Counted from the first letter of the whole stretch, positions 27,174-43,934 are shown. The stretch: 54,465 bases of DNA, filler included, from Jimgerdemannia flammicorona (GCA_003990765.1; 2 parts of 2 records of this genome joined end to end with filler, not necessarily neighbours in it), one strand, 5' to 3'. The notes: generated from the sequence alone by a model not told the origin. Translations and numbers: made by a program.

Positions 27174-27540
27174 TTTTTTTTTTTNNNNNNNNNNNNNNNN
27201 NNNNNNNNNNNNNNNNNNNNNNNNNNNNTTAATTAATTAANNNNNNNNNNNNNNNNNNNNNNNNNNNNNNNNNNNNNNNNNNNNGTCAGCAGATCCCCCA
27301 CCAGCTCCTCCCACCGTAACACCTTTGCACCTAGCCCCAGCCGCTGCCCCTCCTCAAATACAAAGAGCCAATGGCCTGCCAATCCCACCCATACTGCCAA
27401 CACCCATCCTACAGTGAGCCAACTATCCCCCACCCCACCCACAAGCCGAGATTTTAAGTCCTCCCAGCGACCCCCCTCCCCCACCAGCCGACGCCCAACA
27501 CCCAGTCTATCCCCTATCTCTGCCCAAAAATCCCCCAAGA
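27174..27540 (-). mobile_element. LINE 3' fragment spanning the gap
   Basis: T-run at 27174-27184; 27284-27540 matches 125-380. Confidence 0.75.
27185..27283. other. Scaffold gap with artificial TTAATTAATTAA linker
   Basis: N-runs flank a six-frame stop linker. Confidence 0.95.
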
Positions 27541-30500
27541 CTCAGATACCCCACACCAATCCTACCAATCTCACCAATAGAACCTTTACCACAACCTCTT
27601 GCAGAGTTGGAAATAGCTCCTATAAGAATACCTAGGCCTATTCCACTTCATCCAAGATCCAGAACACCATCCTCAGGATACCCAAGCATCCCTATCTCTA
27701 GTGATAGTTCAGAAAGTGAATCAGAATCAGAATCTGAACTTGAACTAGAATCAGAAGAAAGTGATGACAAAATGGCCACCTTATTGCCAATCTTTGCAGG
27801 ATACCCAGAGGAAGACTCCAGAGAATTCCTTGATGGAATTGAAGGAATCACAGTCTTGAGAAATCTCTCAGATGAAAGAAAAATCACCATCTACAAAGCT
27901 CAGCTCAGAGAACTAGTCAGAGGAATTTTCCATCAAACAGCAAACAACTGAGATTCAGAACTAGTAAGACAGATACAAGCAGCAATGTCTGATGAGCTAG
28001 AATATAGGGCCATGGTCCACTGGCTTATTGAAAAGTATGCAGGAAATGAAACCCACCACAAGGCTCAAGAATCCATCATGGGGATGAAGATGAATCTTAG
28101 AGAGTCACCCAGAGCCTTCTTCACAAGAATACAGAAGAGAATGCATGCTGCTGGGTTCAATGCCACCAATCAGGACATCATCAGTCCAATGACCTTCATG
28201 AATAGAATTCCCCCAAACATTGCCCAGCATGTTCGCACTCTGGGTATCAGAAGGTCTAAAGAGCAAGTAGATATAGTCTAAGGATTCTTTAATATCAGAC
28301 AAGGAACTACTTGGAGTGATTATGATAAGAAAGAAGATAAAGAAGACATTCTGGTCAAAGCCCTACAAGGACTCCTTCAAGGACAAGAAAGATCTGAAGA
28401 AAGAAGGCCAGCCAAGGAAGGAAAGAAGGATAGAAGTAAAATCCAAGACCTTAGCTCCAAGTTGGACCAATTGGTTGAACAGATATACATGAAAATTGGA
28501 GCTATCAAGACAATAGAGGATACCCACTACAGAGGAGCCAAAGTTATCCACTAAGAGATAACAGGAATTACCAACAAGAAAAAAGAAGGTACCCTGTTTG
28601 AGACAGAGCCCAAGTCCAATGCTTCCACTGTAGACAATTTGGACACTATGCCACTGAATGCAACAACAAAAGAAGTGACTGAAGGGACTCAGAACCACCA
28701 AACTGAAGGAATGACACTCAGTACAAGAAGACTGAAGCCCATCCTGTTGAAGATTTCGAAGAAGTAAGTAACAGTGAAGACTACAGTAATCTAGACTTGT
28801 ACTCCACTAAGGTTATAATTCAGAAAACAGTCTATCTAGCAGAGAAAAGAAAGAGACCTGTAGGGAGACCATTCAGAAATATCAGCAGAAGAATTATCCA
28901 AGAAGAGGATGAAGAACATGAGGAGAAATAAGTAGAAACACCTCCCTGAACCCCCTCACCTTTTGTCCCTGAGACAAATGAGTTGCTACCAAAAGATGAA
29001 GAAATGGAACAAGAAGAATGGGAACCTGCTGCTCCAAAGCCTAAGAAGAAGTACACTCTGAAGACCATATCTAGGGACATTTACAATGAAGTCTGGCAGA
29101 AGATTCAAGAAGTCAAGATGGAAGTCCCTCTCTTGCAATTCTTGTAACTGACACCAGCTGAAGTCTGAAACAAATTACTGAGAACCACCAGGTCTAGCAC
29201 TGGCTGAGTTCCAATCCTACAGCAAGAACCAGCTTCCATCTCTGTCCAAGCAACTGAAAGATATGTCAGTACCTACTTATATGGAGATATTGGAAGACAA
29301 AAAGTGAAAATACTCATAGACACAGGAGCAGCTGTCTGTGTCATTGCCAAATGATTCTTGGACACCCTCCAATGGCCCATTGATGGACCATCCAACTTCA
29401 GTATCATAGTAGCAGATGGAGTCTGAACTCAACCCCTTGGAGAAGTATGAAATATTACCATCTCTCTTAGACACATTCAGTTCTCTATCCCCAAAGCTGT
29501 TGTCACTGAAGCTGTCACCTATGACATGATTCTTGGCACCAACTGGATGAAGGAAATGAATGCAGTTGTTGATATCAGCCAACAAGTACTCAAGTTTGAT
29601 TACCAAGGCAAGAAGTATAGGGTTAAGGTGACCAGCTATGAGCAATCAAAGAAGAAGAAGAAGGTCACTATTCAGGAAGAGTATGCCAGTAGTGAAGAAT
29701 CCACTACAGAAGAAGAAGAAGAATCTGAAGATGGAAATGATCCCAGACTCAATCCTCGAATCAATCTGGTAGATGACCAACCAGAAGATAATGTGTAGAC
29801 CAAGAACACTATCCCTATTACCATTGGAGCTATTGCAGGAGAAGCCAAAGGATGCCCTATATGCCTCAAGAGACATAAGTATCCTGAGCACTCCTCCAAG
29901 ATCATAGGAACAAGGAAATCACCTGGCACAGCCTGCCCAGAGTACAGAAGGAAGAAGAAGAAATGCAGATATATTTCAGAAATACCTGCAACTGAAGCTG
30001 TAGAAGTATAAGCAATTTGGGGTCAAGAATCATCCAAGGAAGAAGAAACTTCTGACCAAGAAGTTCCTGAACAAGAAGCATCTGATGAAGAAGAGGTCCT
30101 CGAACTCATTCTCTGGGATGACCCTCACTGGACACCACCTGAAGACAATGACCCTTGGAATACAGAAGAAGGACCCAGTACAATTACCATTATCCCCAAG
30201 AAAGAAACCCACCAAGAGAAAGCTTTTCAGCTAGGAAGATGTCTACACCAAATAGTCTTCCACTCTCCCTGAGACTACTGCTATCAGTGTCATCTGTTAG
30301 ATCAACAAGAAAGACAGAGACCCCAGAGACCAGAACCCCCAACTACCCTTACACAGTCTACCATCTTTCAAGAAGTCACCACAAGGTTACAAAGTCAATT
30401 TAGGGGACAAGACTTCTTCACCCAAACAGAAATATATCCCTTATCTACCTTTCCCCCAACCTATGATTAAGATGAGTACTGATTCCCAAGACAACAAGAG

Positions 30501-30944
30501 ATAAATAGCCAGGAATATCACTTTCAGACAATGGAATATTGCAATCATGGGAGACATCCTGACTGCCAAGACTGCAGACATCAGAAGATTCACCTCAGTC
30601 ATGATGTTACAGTGCACACTTTGAAGAAAGGAGATAACCAAAGTCAGATCCGAAAAAGCCAGATTCAAAAAAGCCAGACCAAGAAGCCCAGGAAAAGAAT
30701 CCTCAAGATCTATGATTTGGGAGAAGACATCCTAGCTCTTATCAGACATGCAACCTGTCAAGGATAGACAGAAGATACCACCAACTTCATGGAAGCCCTT
30801 GACCCTACAGGAAGGAGGGGAATCAACTACCTCCAAGACTCCTCTACTAGAACCAGATGGCCACACCTCAACCTTAGAGCTTAGAGGCTTTCCACTAGTG
30901 GAGCTTCAGCCTTAGAAAAGCCCAAACTCAGCAAGGATATTGCC

Positions 30945-31345
30945 CAGTATACCCTGATACACCCCAAGGCCAAACCCCCAACCAAAGCCCACCCAGAGGA
31001 TATAGGATATGTATGATCTTCACAGCCTGGAGGATGAATCTATCAAGTCTGGAAAAACCTTCATAATCAGAACCAGATTAGCCATGCAGCTACCCCAAGG
31101 AGCTTATATCCAACTGACCTCAAGGTCCAGACTTGCCAGACAAGGAATAATAGTGGAAGGAGGAACCATTGACCCAGGATATATAGGCAAAATCAAGGTT
31201 ATCTTATACAACAGCAGTACAGAATGGCACCGAATCATTAGAGGACAGAAGATTGCCCAAGCAGTCTTCATGAAGGTCAAGACCCCACAATTACAGGAAG
31301 TCTCTGAACTAACTGAAGGAACAAGACAAGCCAAGGGATTTGGAA
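30945..31345 (+). pseudogene. Trimeric-type dUTPase domain in gypsy A Pol
   Basis: YDLHS, SRSRLA, GTIDPGYIGKIKVILYN, QKIAQ, RQAKGFGSS correspond to motifs I-V. Confidence 0.92.
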
Positions 31346-34238
31346 GTTCAGACAGAAAGGAGGTACATCTCCTTCAAGTCAACCACCTCAAGAGGAATGT
31401 TCCCCAGCAAGTGTATCAGCAACCAGTCAGACTGCACAAGAATCTCATCCTGGAGCCTGGAGAACAAACTACCTTCGAAATCTTTGCACCACCTGACCCC
31501 AGAAACCTTTTCTTTAAACCTAAGGAAGATATCCTACACCTGGACATATAGGGACACACATTCCCTGACAAGATGAACTCAGTATACTCCTGAGCAACCA
31601 ACCAAAGTTGGGAGACCATCATCTTGCCAAAAGGAATCATCATAGGACATCTGGTGTCTTTTCTCAACTGAACTTATAGGGAAGTTTATGAACTAAATCT
31701 ATCAGGAAATGGCAAAAGGTCCCAGAAGAAAATAAAGGCCCCTCTGCGACCCAGGAGACAGTAAAGCCTTCTACCAACATTGAAGAAGAATTGACACCTC
31801 AACAATAACAACAACTAGTAGAACTTCTCAACAAATATCAAGATATCTTCACCACTGATTATAGCAATCTACCATACAATCCATCATATCACCACAGTAT
31901 AAATATAGGAAATACAACACCCATCTAGCAGAAACCCTATAGAATACCCCATCACTTGAAAATATTCAAAAAAGAGCACATCTAAGAACTCTTAGACAAT
32001 GGAGTCATCTGACCCTCTACCAACCCCTGGGCCAGCCCTATACTTATTGTACCAAAGAAAGGAGGATGGAGACTCTGCATGGATTACAGGAAACTCAATT
32101 CAGTCACTGAAAAGGATGCCTATCCTCTGCCCAGAATCAATGACCTCTTGGATCAGTTACAAGATACCAGATACTTCAGCAGTATGGATCTCTTTGCAGG
32201 ATTCCATAAGATTTCCATGGACCCTAAGGACATTCAAAAGACAGCCTTCCTTGCTCTAGGAAAACTGTTTGAATATCTCTGAATGCCCTTTGGACTCTAT
32301 AATGCACCCCCCACCTTTCAGAGGATGATAAATTCAGTTTATGCCCCCTTGATCTACCACTGCCTAATTGTATACATAGACAATTCCAACATCTATTCAG
32401 CAAATTTCAAAGAATACCTACACTATCTAGAGGAATTCTTCAAACTCACCCACAAGAACCACTTGAGACTGAATGCAAAGAAATACTACTTTGGAAAACA
32501 GAAACTTGAATTCCTTGGATTCATAGTTTTGAAAGAAAGAACCCATGCAGACCCAAAGAAAACCAAGAAGATTGACAATTGGCCAGTACCCAAAACCCCG
32601 AAGGAGACACTATCATTTCTGATGCTAGTATCCTACTACAGAAGGTTTATCAAGAACTTTGCTCAAATCACTGCCCCAATCTGGATCCTTCTCAAGAAAG
32701 AAGTACCATTCAAATGGACAGAATCACAAGGAAAAGCCTTCAAAGAACTCAAAAACTGCATGACTATAGTACTAATCCTTGTGCACCCCAATTTATAGAA
32801 GCCATTCATCTTGTATATAGATGTCTCTAAAGATGGCCTTGGAGCAGTTCTAGCCCAAGGAGGATCCAATCAATAGTACCATATAATAGCTTATGCAAGC
32901 AGAGCTATCAATCAGTAGCAGATGAACTATGGTAGCACCAAACTGGAATGCCTTGCAGTCATATGGGTGGTCACCCTGTTCAAGCATTACCTCATTGGAA
33001 AAAAGTTCACCCTGATCACAGACCATGCAGCCCTCAAATGGTTATTCAACCACAAGAAACCCATAAGAATCCTAGCCTGCTGGATCCTTATCCTTCAGGA
33101 TTACAAAATTACCATTATCTACAAAGCAGGGAAAGCTCATAACAATATTGATATACTTTCTCATCAGCTCCAATGAATCAGAAGAAGGGTGTCCTGAGGA
33201 ACTACACCCTAAAGGAAACTCCTCAGACCATCAAGGTACAAGAAGATCTCATCTATAAAGAATATCAGAAACCCATCAAGGACAGATAAGTATAGAAGAC
33301 AAGATCTAAAAACTGTACCAATACTGGCCTCACCTCAGAACCCAAGTCTGAGACATTATCCAGAAATGTGACACTTACCAGAAGTACCAAGGAAAGAAGA
33401 ACTATCAAACCCCTTTGCAACTGATTCCCTCACTCACTCATATCTTTCAGAGATGGGGAGTAGATGTAATTGGACCTCTACCAGTTACACTAAGAAGAAA
33501 TAAATATATCCTTATATTTGTAGAACATCTGACCAAGTGGCCTGAGGCTTTCCCAATGGAAATTGCAGATGCCTTAACCATTGTAGGCCTCCTCCATGGA
33601 CTCACACTCAGATATGGACCCCCAAAAGAACTCATCTCTGACCGAGACATGGAATTCATCAACAACATAATCACAAGTTATGCCTGAATTCACAAGATCC
33701 ACCTCAAAAGGACCACATCATACTATCCCCAGACCAATGGCATGACAGAGAGAATGAACCAGACCATCAAGAAAGGACTTTCCCAAGTCAATTCTACTAA
33801 TTGGGACCTCTGCTTACCTGAGATTCTATAGGAAATTCAGAACACCTCTGCTGCCTCCACCAAACAAAAGCCATTCGAAATGATGTTTGCCAAGAGAACC
33901 AGAACTGCTGACTATGAGAATCTTGGAGACCTCCTCAAGAAGGCAGAACAGTTATGAAATCAAGCCCAAGGACAGATTATCAAAGCCCAAGAAAGACAAA
34001 AGAAGTACTATAATCAAAAACAGAAGGATCAGGAGATCAAGATTGGAGATCAAGTATGTACTAGTTTGGAGAAGTATAATTGAAATGAATTTTGCTGCCA
34101 AACTGGAATCCAAATGGGAAGAACCTTATCTTATATACAATATCAGAGAAACTAGCATCTATTTAAGAAGCATGGATAGATGAACCCTGAGAACACTAGT
34201 ACACATCAATTGTCTCAAGATATACCTCTTCTCACACC

Positions 34239-34737
34239 ATGAACTAGAGAATTGACAACTGTCTCCAAACTCTTATCCTCAGTTCCCTCCAAGCCCTATC
34301 AGTTCCCCTGTCTCAGTTCCAGGAACACATCTTCAGAAAATCTGAGTTCATTAAGAAAACCTCACTTTGGCTGAGAGGCTACTTCAGGTCCACCAGCTGC
34401 AGGCATACTATGCAATTGGAGAATAACTGCAGAATCTTCCTCTCCCAGACCTAGCCTATGTCCATAACACCACTGGCCTGAATAGAAGAAATACTACTGC
34501 TGCAGACAGACTATATACAATTACAAACAAAACCCCTCTGCCTTAATCCAGGCCCAGTTCTCCCTGAATGACCTCCAGAGAATGACACTGCCTACCTACC
34601 TCAGCATCATTCACTAAGTCAAAATCCTATTTCCCAAGAAAGAGGAACCCCTGAAATGGAGTGACCATAGCTCAGATGATGATGATGGAACAGGTATAGA
34701 TACAGAAGCTGCTTATGCCTATTGAGATGATGACTGA
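34239..34737 (+). pseudogene. Extra ORF (ORF3) downstream of integrase, family A
   Basis: ATG overlaps the integrase end. With two frameshifts it reads ...QAYYAIGE*L...TGLNRRNTTAADRLYTIYKQNPSAL...SLNDLQRM..., then an acidic tail. Confidence 0.65.
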
Positions 34738-34776
34738 AGAATAGTCTGGGACAGACTACCCTTCAGTGGGGACTGA

Positions 34777-35224
34777 TGTAACAGACCAAATATACCACCT
34801 GAATTATAACTTAGCCAGATAACATGAACAATTAGCATACTTACTCAGCATGATGTAACTTCCAGTATATCATAGTCACCCATGCCCACCACACTTATAA
34901 TTAGCCAAGACACCAGATCAGGATTATTTACCTGTATCCTGAGGACACACTCATGTCCTGCAGACACACTTATGTCCTGTGGACACACTCATGTCCTGTG
35001 GATACACCTGTACCTAGAGGATACACTCAAGCATTACCAGAAGTAGTAAATCTATAGTTAGCTACATAGTAACCAGATAGCAACCAACTTGTATAAATTA
35101 CCCCAGAGATAAGAGCAAATAAACCTCAGTCTGAAATATAAACACCAAAGAAGTCTCTAAAGATTGAGTATTGGTCCCCTTTCCACTCTGGTCCACTTTC
35201 TAATATAAAGAAGAGTTTGTTATA
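34777..35224 (+). repeat. LTR of gypsy family A, with PPT upstream and PBS-like site plus leader downstream
   Basis: TGTAAC...TGTTATA. Internal ~20-bp GGACACACTCATGTCCTG repeats; TATAAA at ~35092; AATAAA at ~35118. Confidence 0.85.
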
Positions 35225-36170
35225 TTTTTGATTCACTTGCCAGATAAGCCTGAAGATTTGCTGCCTAAGTTCAAGGAGAACTTCGCTGCCTTTTGAAGAG
35301 AAATCCACCGCTTAAGGAATAAGCCATGCTATTGGTATGCTTGCTAGATAAGCCTGAAGAACCCAAGTTTTCACTGTCATTCTTGCTATAAGCCAGTCTT
35401 TCTGATGCAACTTCACAGTAGAGCCAGTCTACGATATAACTCCATGCAAATGAAGCCAATCTTTGACATAACTTGCCAAGAATCCTAGTTAATTTCCAGT
35501 TGAAGCTGCCAATTCAGGAGAATCCGCATCATCTGCCATTTTCAAGTTAACCACCATATTCTCAGTTGAAGCTGCTGATTCAGGAAGAATCTGCACCATC
35601 ATATTCCCAGAAGAACCCGATTCAGAAGAACTCATGCCATTTAAGTAGTATTCCCAGAGAGCTCGCCAATTCAGGAGAATCTGCATCATCTGCCATCCTT
35701 GAGTTATCTGTATTCCCAGAGAATCTTGCCAAATCTGCGACATCTGAATTGTTTGTTCCCAGTGAGCTCATTTCAGAAGAATCCACTGCTAGTATCATTC
35801 CCAGTGAACCCATGCCCAAATTGAGTTATCTGCCAAATTATCAGAATGTCCTGTATAAAGAACCCACCACACTATACAGAGATCACCCACCATCCAAGAA
35901 GGAAACTGCTTGTGCTATATACAAATCCTATCATTCCTAGTTAACCTAAATAAGAAAACCACTCATACTATACAAGATCATCATACAGAAATCACATAAA
36001 GAGAACCACTAAATTGCCAGACCATTATGCACAAGGAGATCATCATGCTATACAAAGAAATCAACTACTACTTAAGAAGGAAACCTATTCACAAATTGCC
36101 ACTATACCCAGAAGAACCGTCCCAATTAGGAAATCAATACACAAATTACTTACAGATATCCAGCTTTGAC
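35225..36170 (+). mobile_element. Family A 5' leader of a second, tandem unit (truncated)
   Basis: Aligns to the reverse complement of 12400-13105. Contains GCCAATTCAGGAGAATCYGCATCATCTGCC repeats. Confidence 0.8.
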
Positions 36171-36583
36171 TATTAAAAGAAAGAAGGTACTGCACCAAAA
36201 CAAGTATACTCCAGATATAGCCAGAGGTACCAAAAACTATAAAAAAGTAGAGAAAACATCAATCCAATATTAATAAAGAGATAACTTATCACTATTATCT
36301 CTCTCTCACTATTCTGTAATAAGTATAATAAACTAACCTAAGGTAAAGTGAGTATAAGTTATAGAAAAGAGACTCAGAAGATTGTTTACCAAAACCTTGT
36401 AATTGGTATGATAGCAGAGAAAGGTTGACAAGTTTTCTATATTAACTGTTTTTTTTAATTATTTATTTATTTAATAATTTTCCTTATAAATACATATTTA
36501 TTTATAGTATTTAATATATAGAAAATTGTTAAAAACAGAACTATCTCCAGATTTCATTATTCTCTAAATATATACAAGAATGG

Positions 36584-36774
36584 TGTTAGCACCCCCTAAC
36601 TCCAGTATCTCTGCTACCATCATTTATTCCCCCCCATATAAAAGAGCCCCCAAAATAGAAAAACCCCCAAATAAAAGAACCCTCCAAAATAAAAAAAACC
36701 CCCAAATAAAAGAGCCCTTTTTGATGACTAAAATTAATAGAAGAGCCTGCTCTTGTATACCGGTATTTACGGTA
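36584..36774. mobile_element. One end of a pogo/Tc1-like DNA transposon
   Basis: Reverse complement of the end reads TA-CCGTAAATACCGGTATACAAG. Subterminal CCCCAAATAAAAGAGCCC repeats. Partner TIR not found. Confidence 0.5.
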
Positions 36775-36855
36775 TGTCCAAACTATCATACAAATACAAA
36801 TCATCGTCCAAAAATTCCAGGATCCTGCCGGAAGCACGTGACAACAGGAAATCAT

Positions 36856-40652
<3,797 letters not shown>

Positions 40653-41612
40653 TTTTTTGTTTGTTCTGACAAATGAAAGGGATAAACTGTGGCGTCGCTG
40701 CGAGGATAAGGGTGACTGCTCAAATCTTATGAGCTAAGCCACTCGATCAAAATCAGATAATGCTCCCAACGAATCGAGGTCCAACTCTATTTGATTCAAA
40801 AATTTGAAATGATTTTTAAAATTCAATTACCCGATCCAAATTTAATTATTTTTAGCTTGTTGGATTCGCCTTATATAGGCGAATTTTAGCACAATAAAAC
40901 CCATTAAATTTGGACATATTTTTATTGAAAAATCAGCACTAATATCAGATATAATTACTCTGATTTAAATTTGATAATGGGTAAAAACTTTCTAAAAAAA
41001 AAAAAATAATAATAAAATAATTAAAACCTACTTTATTCTTTAGTTTACAGTATAGATAAATTTAACTAATATGAAGTTAATTATAAAAATATTTATATTT
41101 ACTTTATATTATCTTTTAGATTATAGTGTAGATAAATTTGAATAATTATAAATTATATCATTTTTTAATTTAGAAAATTCATTATAATAAAGTTAATTAT
41201 AAAGAAGCTATAATATAATAAATAAGAGAACTTGACTGTATATATATAATCTTTATTAGATTTATTAGTTATAATTTTTTATATAATATAAACTTTAAAT
41301 TGCTACTTATACTCTAGTATATAAATGAAAGAACGTCTCATTAGTCAATCAGTTCGATTTTGAAGTGCTTTATATTATGTATAAAGGCAAATTCCTCCTT
41401 TAAATGACGTCAGGGTTCAGAAGCAACTTACAAAATCGCCTTCTGACATCACGAATTCCATCAGTCAGTAAATAAGGCGACTTTATCGTTCCTGAAGATC
41501 TGAAGAATCATCCTCACACTTGTCAAATATACGTCAACCTACATCTGCGCTCTACAAGGTCCTCATAACCAATCAAAGAAACACAGACGGACTGACAAAG
41601 CACTTTGAAAGT

Positions 41613-41909
41613 ATGTCTGGGAAACCCGAAGAAGGCCCGTTGGAACCCTCCAGTGCCACTGAGAGCGAACATGAGAACACCAAAAGTACCCGCGATCCCG
41701 GCCAATCCACCGTGGAGTTAACCCAAAGGGGCCCCGTTAGCATTGCCCCGCTCTTTCATATCTGCGACAAATGTGGAGGAAGGATCCATGTCGGCCAGTT
41801 AATTGACATTAATGGGGTCCTCTTTGACGAGTTATTTCGCAACGCTTGGCCTGATCATGCCAGGGAGAAGCACCGGAACAGCCATATGTCGCTTACTGGT
41901 ACCTATTGA
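41613..41909 (+). CDS. Putative 98-aa protein with a CxxC...HxxxxH zinc-binding-like motif
   Basis: HICDKCGG...DHAREKH in a CpG-retaining island divergent from DHX35. Confidence 0.4.
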   Translation: MSGKPEEGPLEPSSATESEHENTKSTRDPGQSTVELTQRGPVSIAPLFHICDKCGGRIHVGQLIDINGVLFDELFRNAWPDHAREKHRNSHMSLTGTY

Positions 41910-42129
41910 CAAAAGTGGGATACCAATTAACTACGTTGTCTATATGCCGTATATTTTAGAGCAACATGCTTGTTACATTTTCAAAGAATATTTTGTAACT
42001 GAGAGAGTGTAAAAATATGAAAATTAAAGAATGTCAAATATCAACAAAATAGTAAATATAATGGAAATATCAGTGCCAGGGATATAAAAACCAGAAGGTC
42101 AAAATTTAATTACTAAAGGGCCATGCTTT

Positions 42130-43114
42130 TTAGTGTAGTCTTATAAGAATATTTTTAAGTTACAAATATATATATTAGATATTTAAAAGGTTTCAACTAA
42201 GTAAGATATTAAATACTTCATTAGTATTTAGCTTTAATAATTTATAAAGTTTAAATTATTATATTTTTAATATTTAAAATATAATATAAAGTTAATAATA
42301 TATATATTTATAATTCTATAATAAATCTAAATAAAAAATAAAAAATATATATTATAAATTATTATTATCAATTTAGATTAAACTTTAAAATTTATTAATT
42401 TTTAATAATAATAATAATATATTTATATAATAATTTTTTTTAAAAAAGTAAAACTTAGATTATATTATTATTACTAAGTATATTATTTTTATTTTAATAT
42501 AATCTAAATTAAGAATAATTAGAAGATATATAGATATTTAATTATAATATTTAAATCTAATTCTCAATATAATATAACTTTATAGTTAGTAGTTACTTGA
42601 TATTATAGATATAAAAATCTGAGATCTCTCTTAAAATCTTTAATAATATTTAAAATAAATTCTCTAAATATAGACTCTCTTAATATTAGTAAACTTTAGT
42701 ATATTACTGAAAAAGTCTTATAAGAAGAACTATAAGACTTTTTTTTGATTTTATTATCTTTGATACTTTTGAGAAAATAAATTAGAGCTTAGATGAAGAA
42801 TTTACTTTCTTAGTTCTTACTTTTCAAACAGATGATATATATAATTAATAAAGATATTAATTTTTAAGAGAAGAGTAATATAATAAGAATTATATAAATA
42901 AGTAGAAATATAGAAAACAATATATCAAATACTCTGAATATTGAGTTATAATATATAAACTATAGTATATTACTTAACTAGTTTACTTAATATAGTAACT
43001 TATATATATTTTTATTCTAAGTTCTAAATATTTTATCTCAAAGTTATTCAGTATAACTTATTATAACTATAAGTTCTGAATAATGTCTAAATAAATATAA
43101 TTTACTTAAATTAG

Positions 43115-43145
<31 letters not shown>

Positions 43146-43930
43146 CTAAGTACTAGATCTCTTTATTAACTAATTTATAATAAATATAAAATTGTCATAC
43201 TATATCAGTAGCCTCAATCTACCCTTACTTCTCTCTACTCTATCTCAATATACTTTCTCTCTAACTAACTATTTTAAACTAAATATACTAATAATTACTA
43301 AGCTATTTATAATTATAAGCTATCTAAATACTCAGAGATGGTATTATTATTATTAATATCATTATTATAGATATTATCCTATAGATAGATATTTAGAAAA
43401 AATGGTTTAGAAACTATTTTTTTCATTCTTATTTATAAAGATATATATAGATTAAAATCTAAGATGATCTCATTAGTTGACTTCTTTGATAATATATACT
43501 AAATATAATATTTATAATCTAAGTATTAGAGTATTAGAAAGAAATTCTTCATCAGATTCACTATTTGTATATTTTAATAAATTATAGTATTATGAGTTAC
43601 TGGATTATAATTACTGAGAGTATTAGATAGATAATATATACTAGTAATAATATCTATAAATTATTCTCTTGAAGAATAATCTGAGTATATATATATATTA
43701 TATTTGCTAGTTTTTATATTGAAGTTAAAGTAGTTGAAATTAAATTATAGTTATATAATATACTATTTATTAGTTTTTTCTATGATAAGTTTATATATAA
43801 TAATAAGTTACTCAAAGTTAAATAGTAGAGATAGTCTCCAATAAGTTGATTTGAATCAAATCTGAATTTAATTTATTATATAACAGTTTGACCTGAATCT
43901 TAAATACAAAATAATTCAAATTAACTTAAA
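42130..43930. repeat. Extremely AT/TpA-rich degenerate repeat relic, family unidentified
   Basis: CpG nearly absent, TpA excess, sharp boundary with unique DNA. Confidence 0.55.
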
Positions 43931-43934
43931 TTAA

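Larger units (their letters stand above)
27541..35224 (+). mobile_element. Ty3/gypsy family A copy 2 (gag, PR, insert, dUTPase, RT, RNase H, integrase, extra ORF, PPT, LTR); 5' end missing
   Basis: Knuckle CFHCRQFGHYATEC at ~28620; LIDTGA at ~29315; dUTPase; MDYRKLN / YIDN RT; D.SKDGLGAVL RNase H; VDVIGPL..SDR..PQTNGMTER integrase; PPT at 34765-34776. Many stops. Confidence 0.95.

Noticed and set aside
27229..27240. Palindromic TTAATTAATTAA between N-runs
   Set aside because: Artificial scaffolding linker, not biological.
35489..35940. Repetitive ORFs and spaced repeats resembling a CRISPR array
   Set aside because: Irregular repeats of the gypsy leader, also present at 12600-12920. No unique spacers, no cas genes, eukaryotic context.
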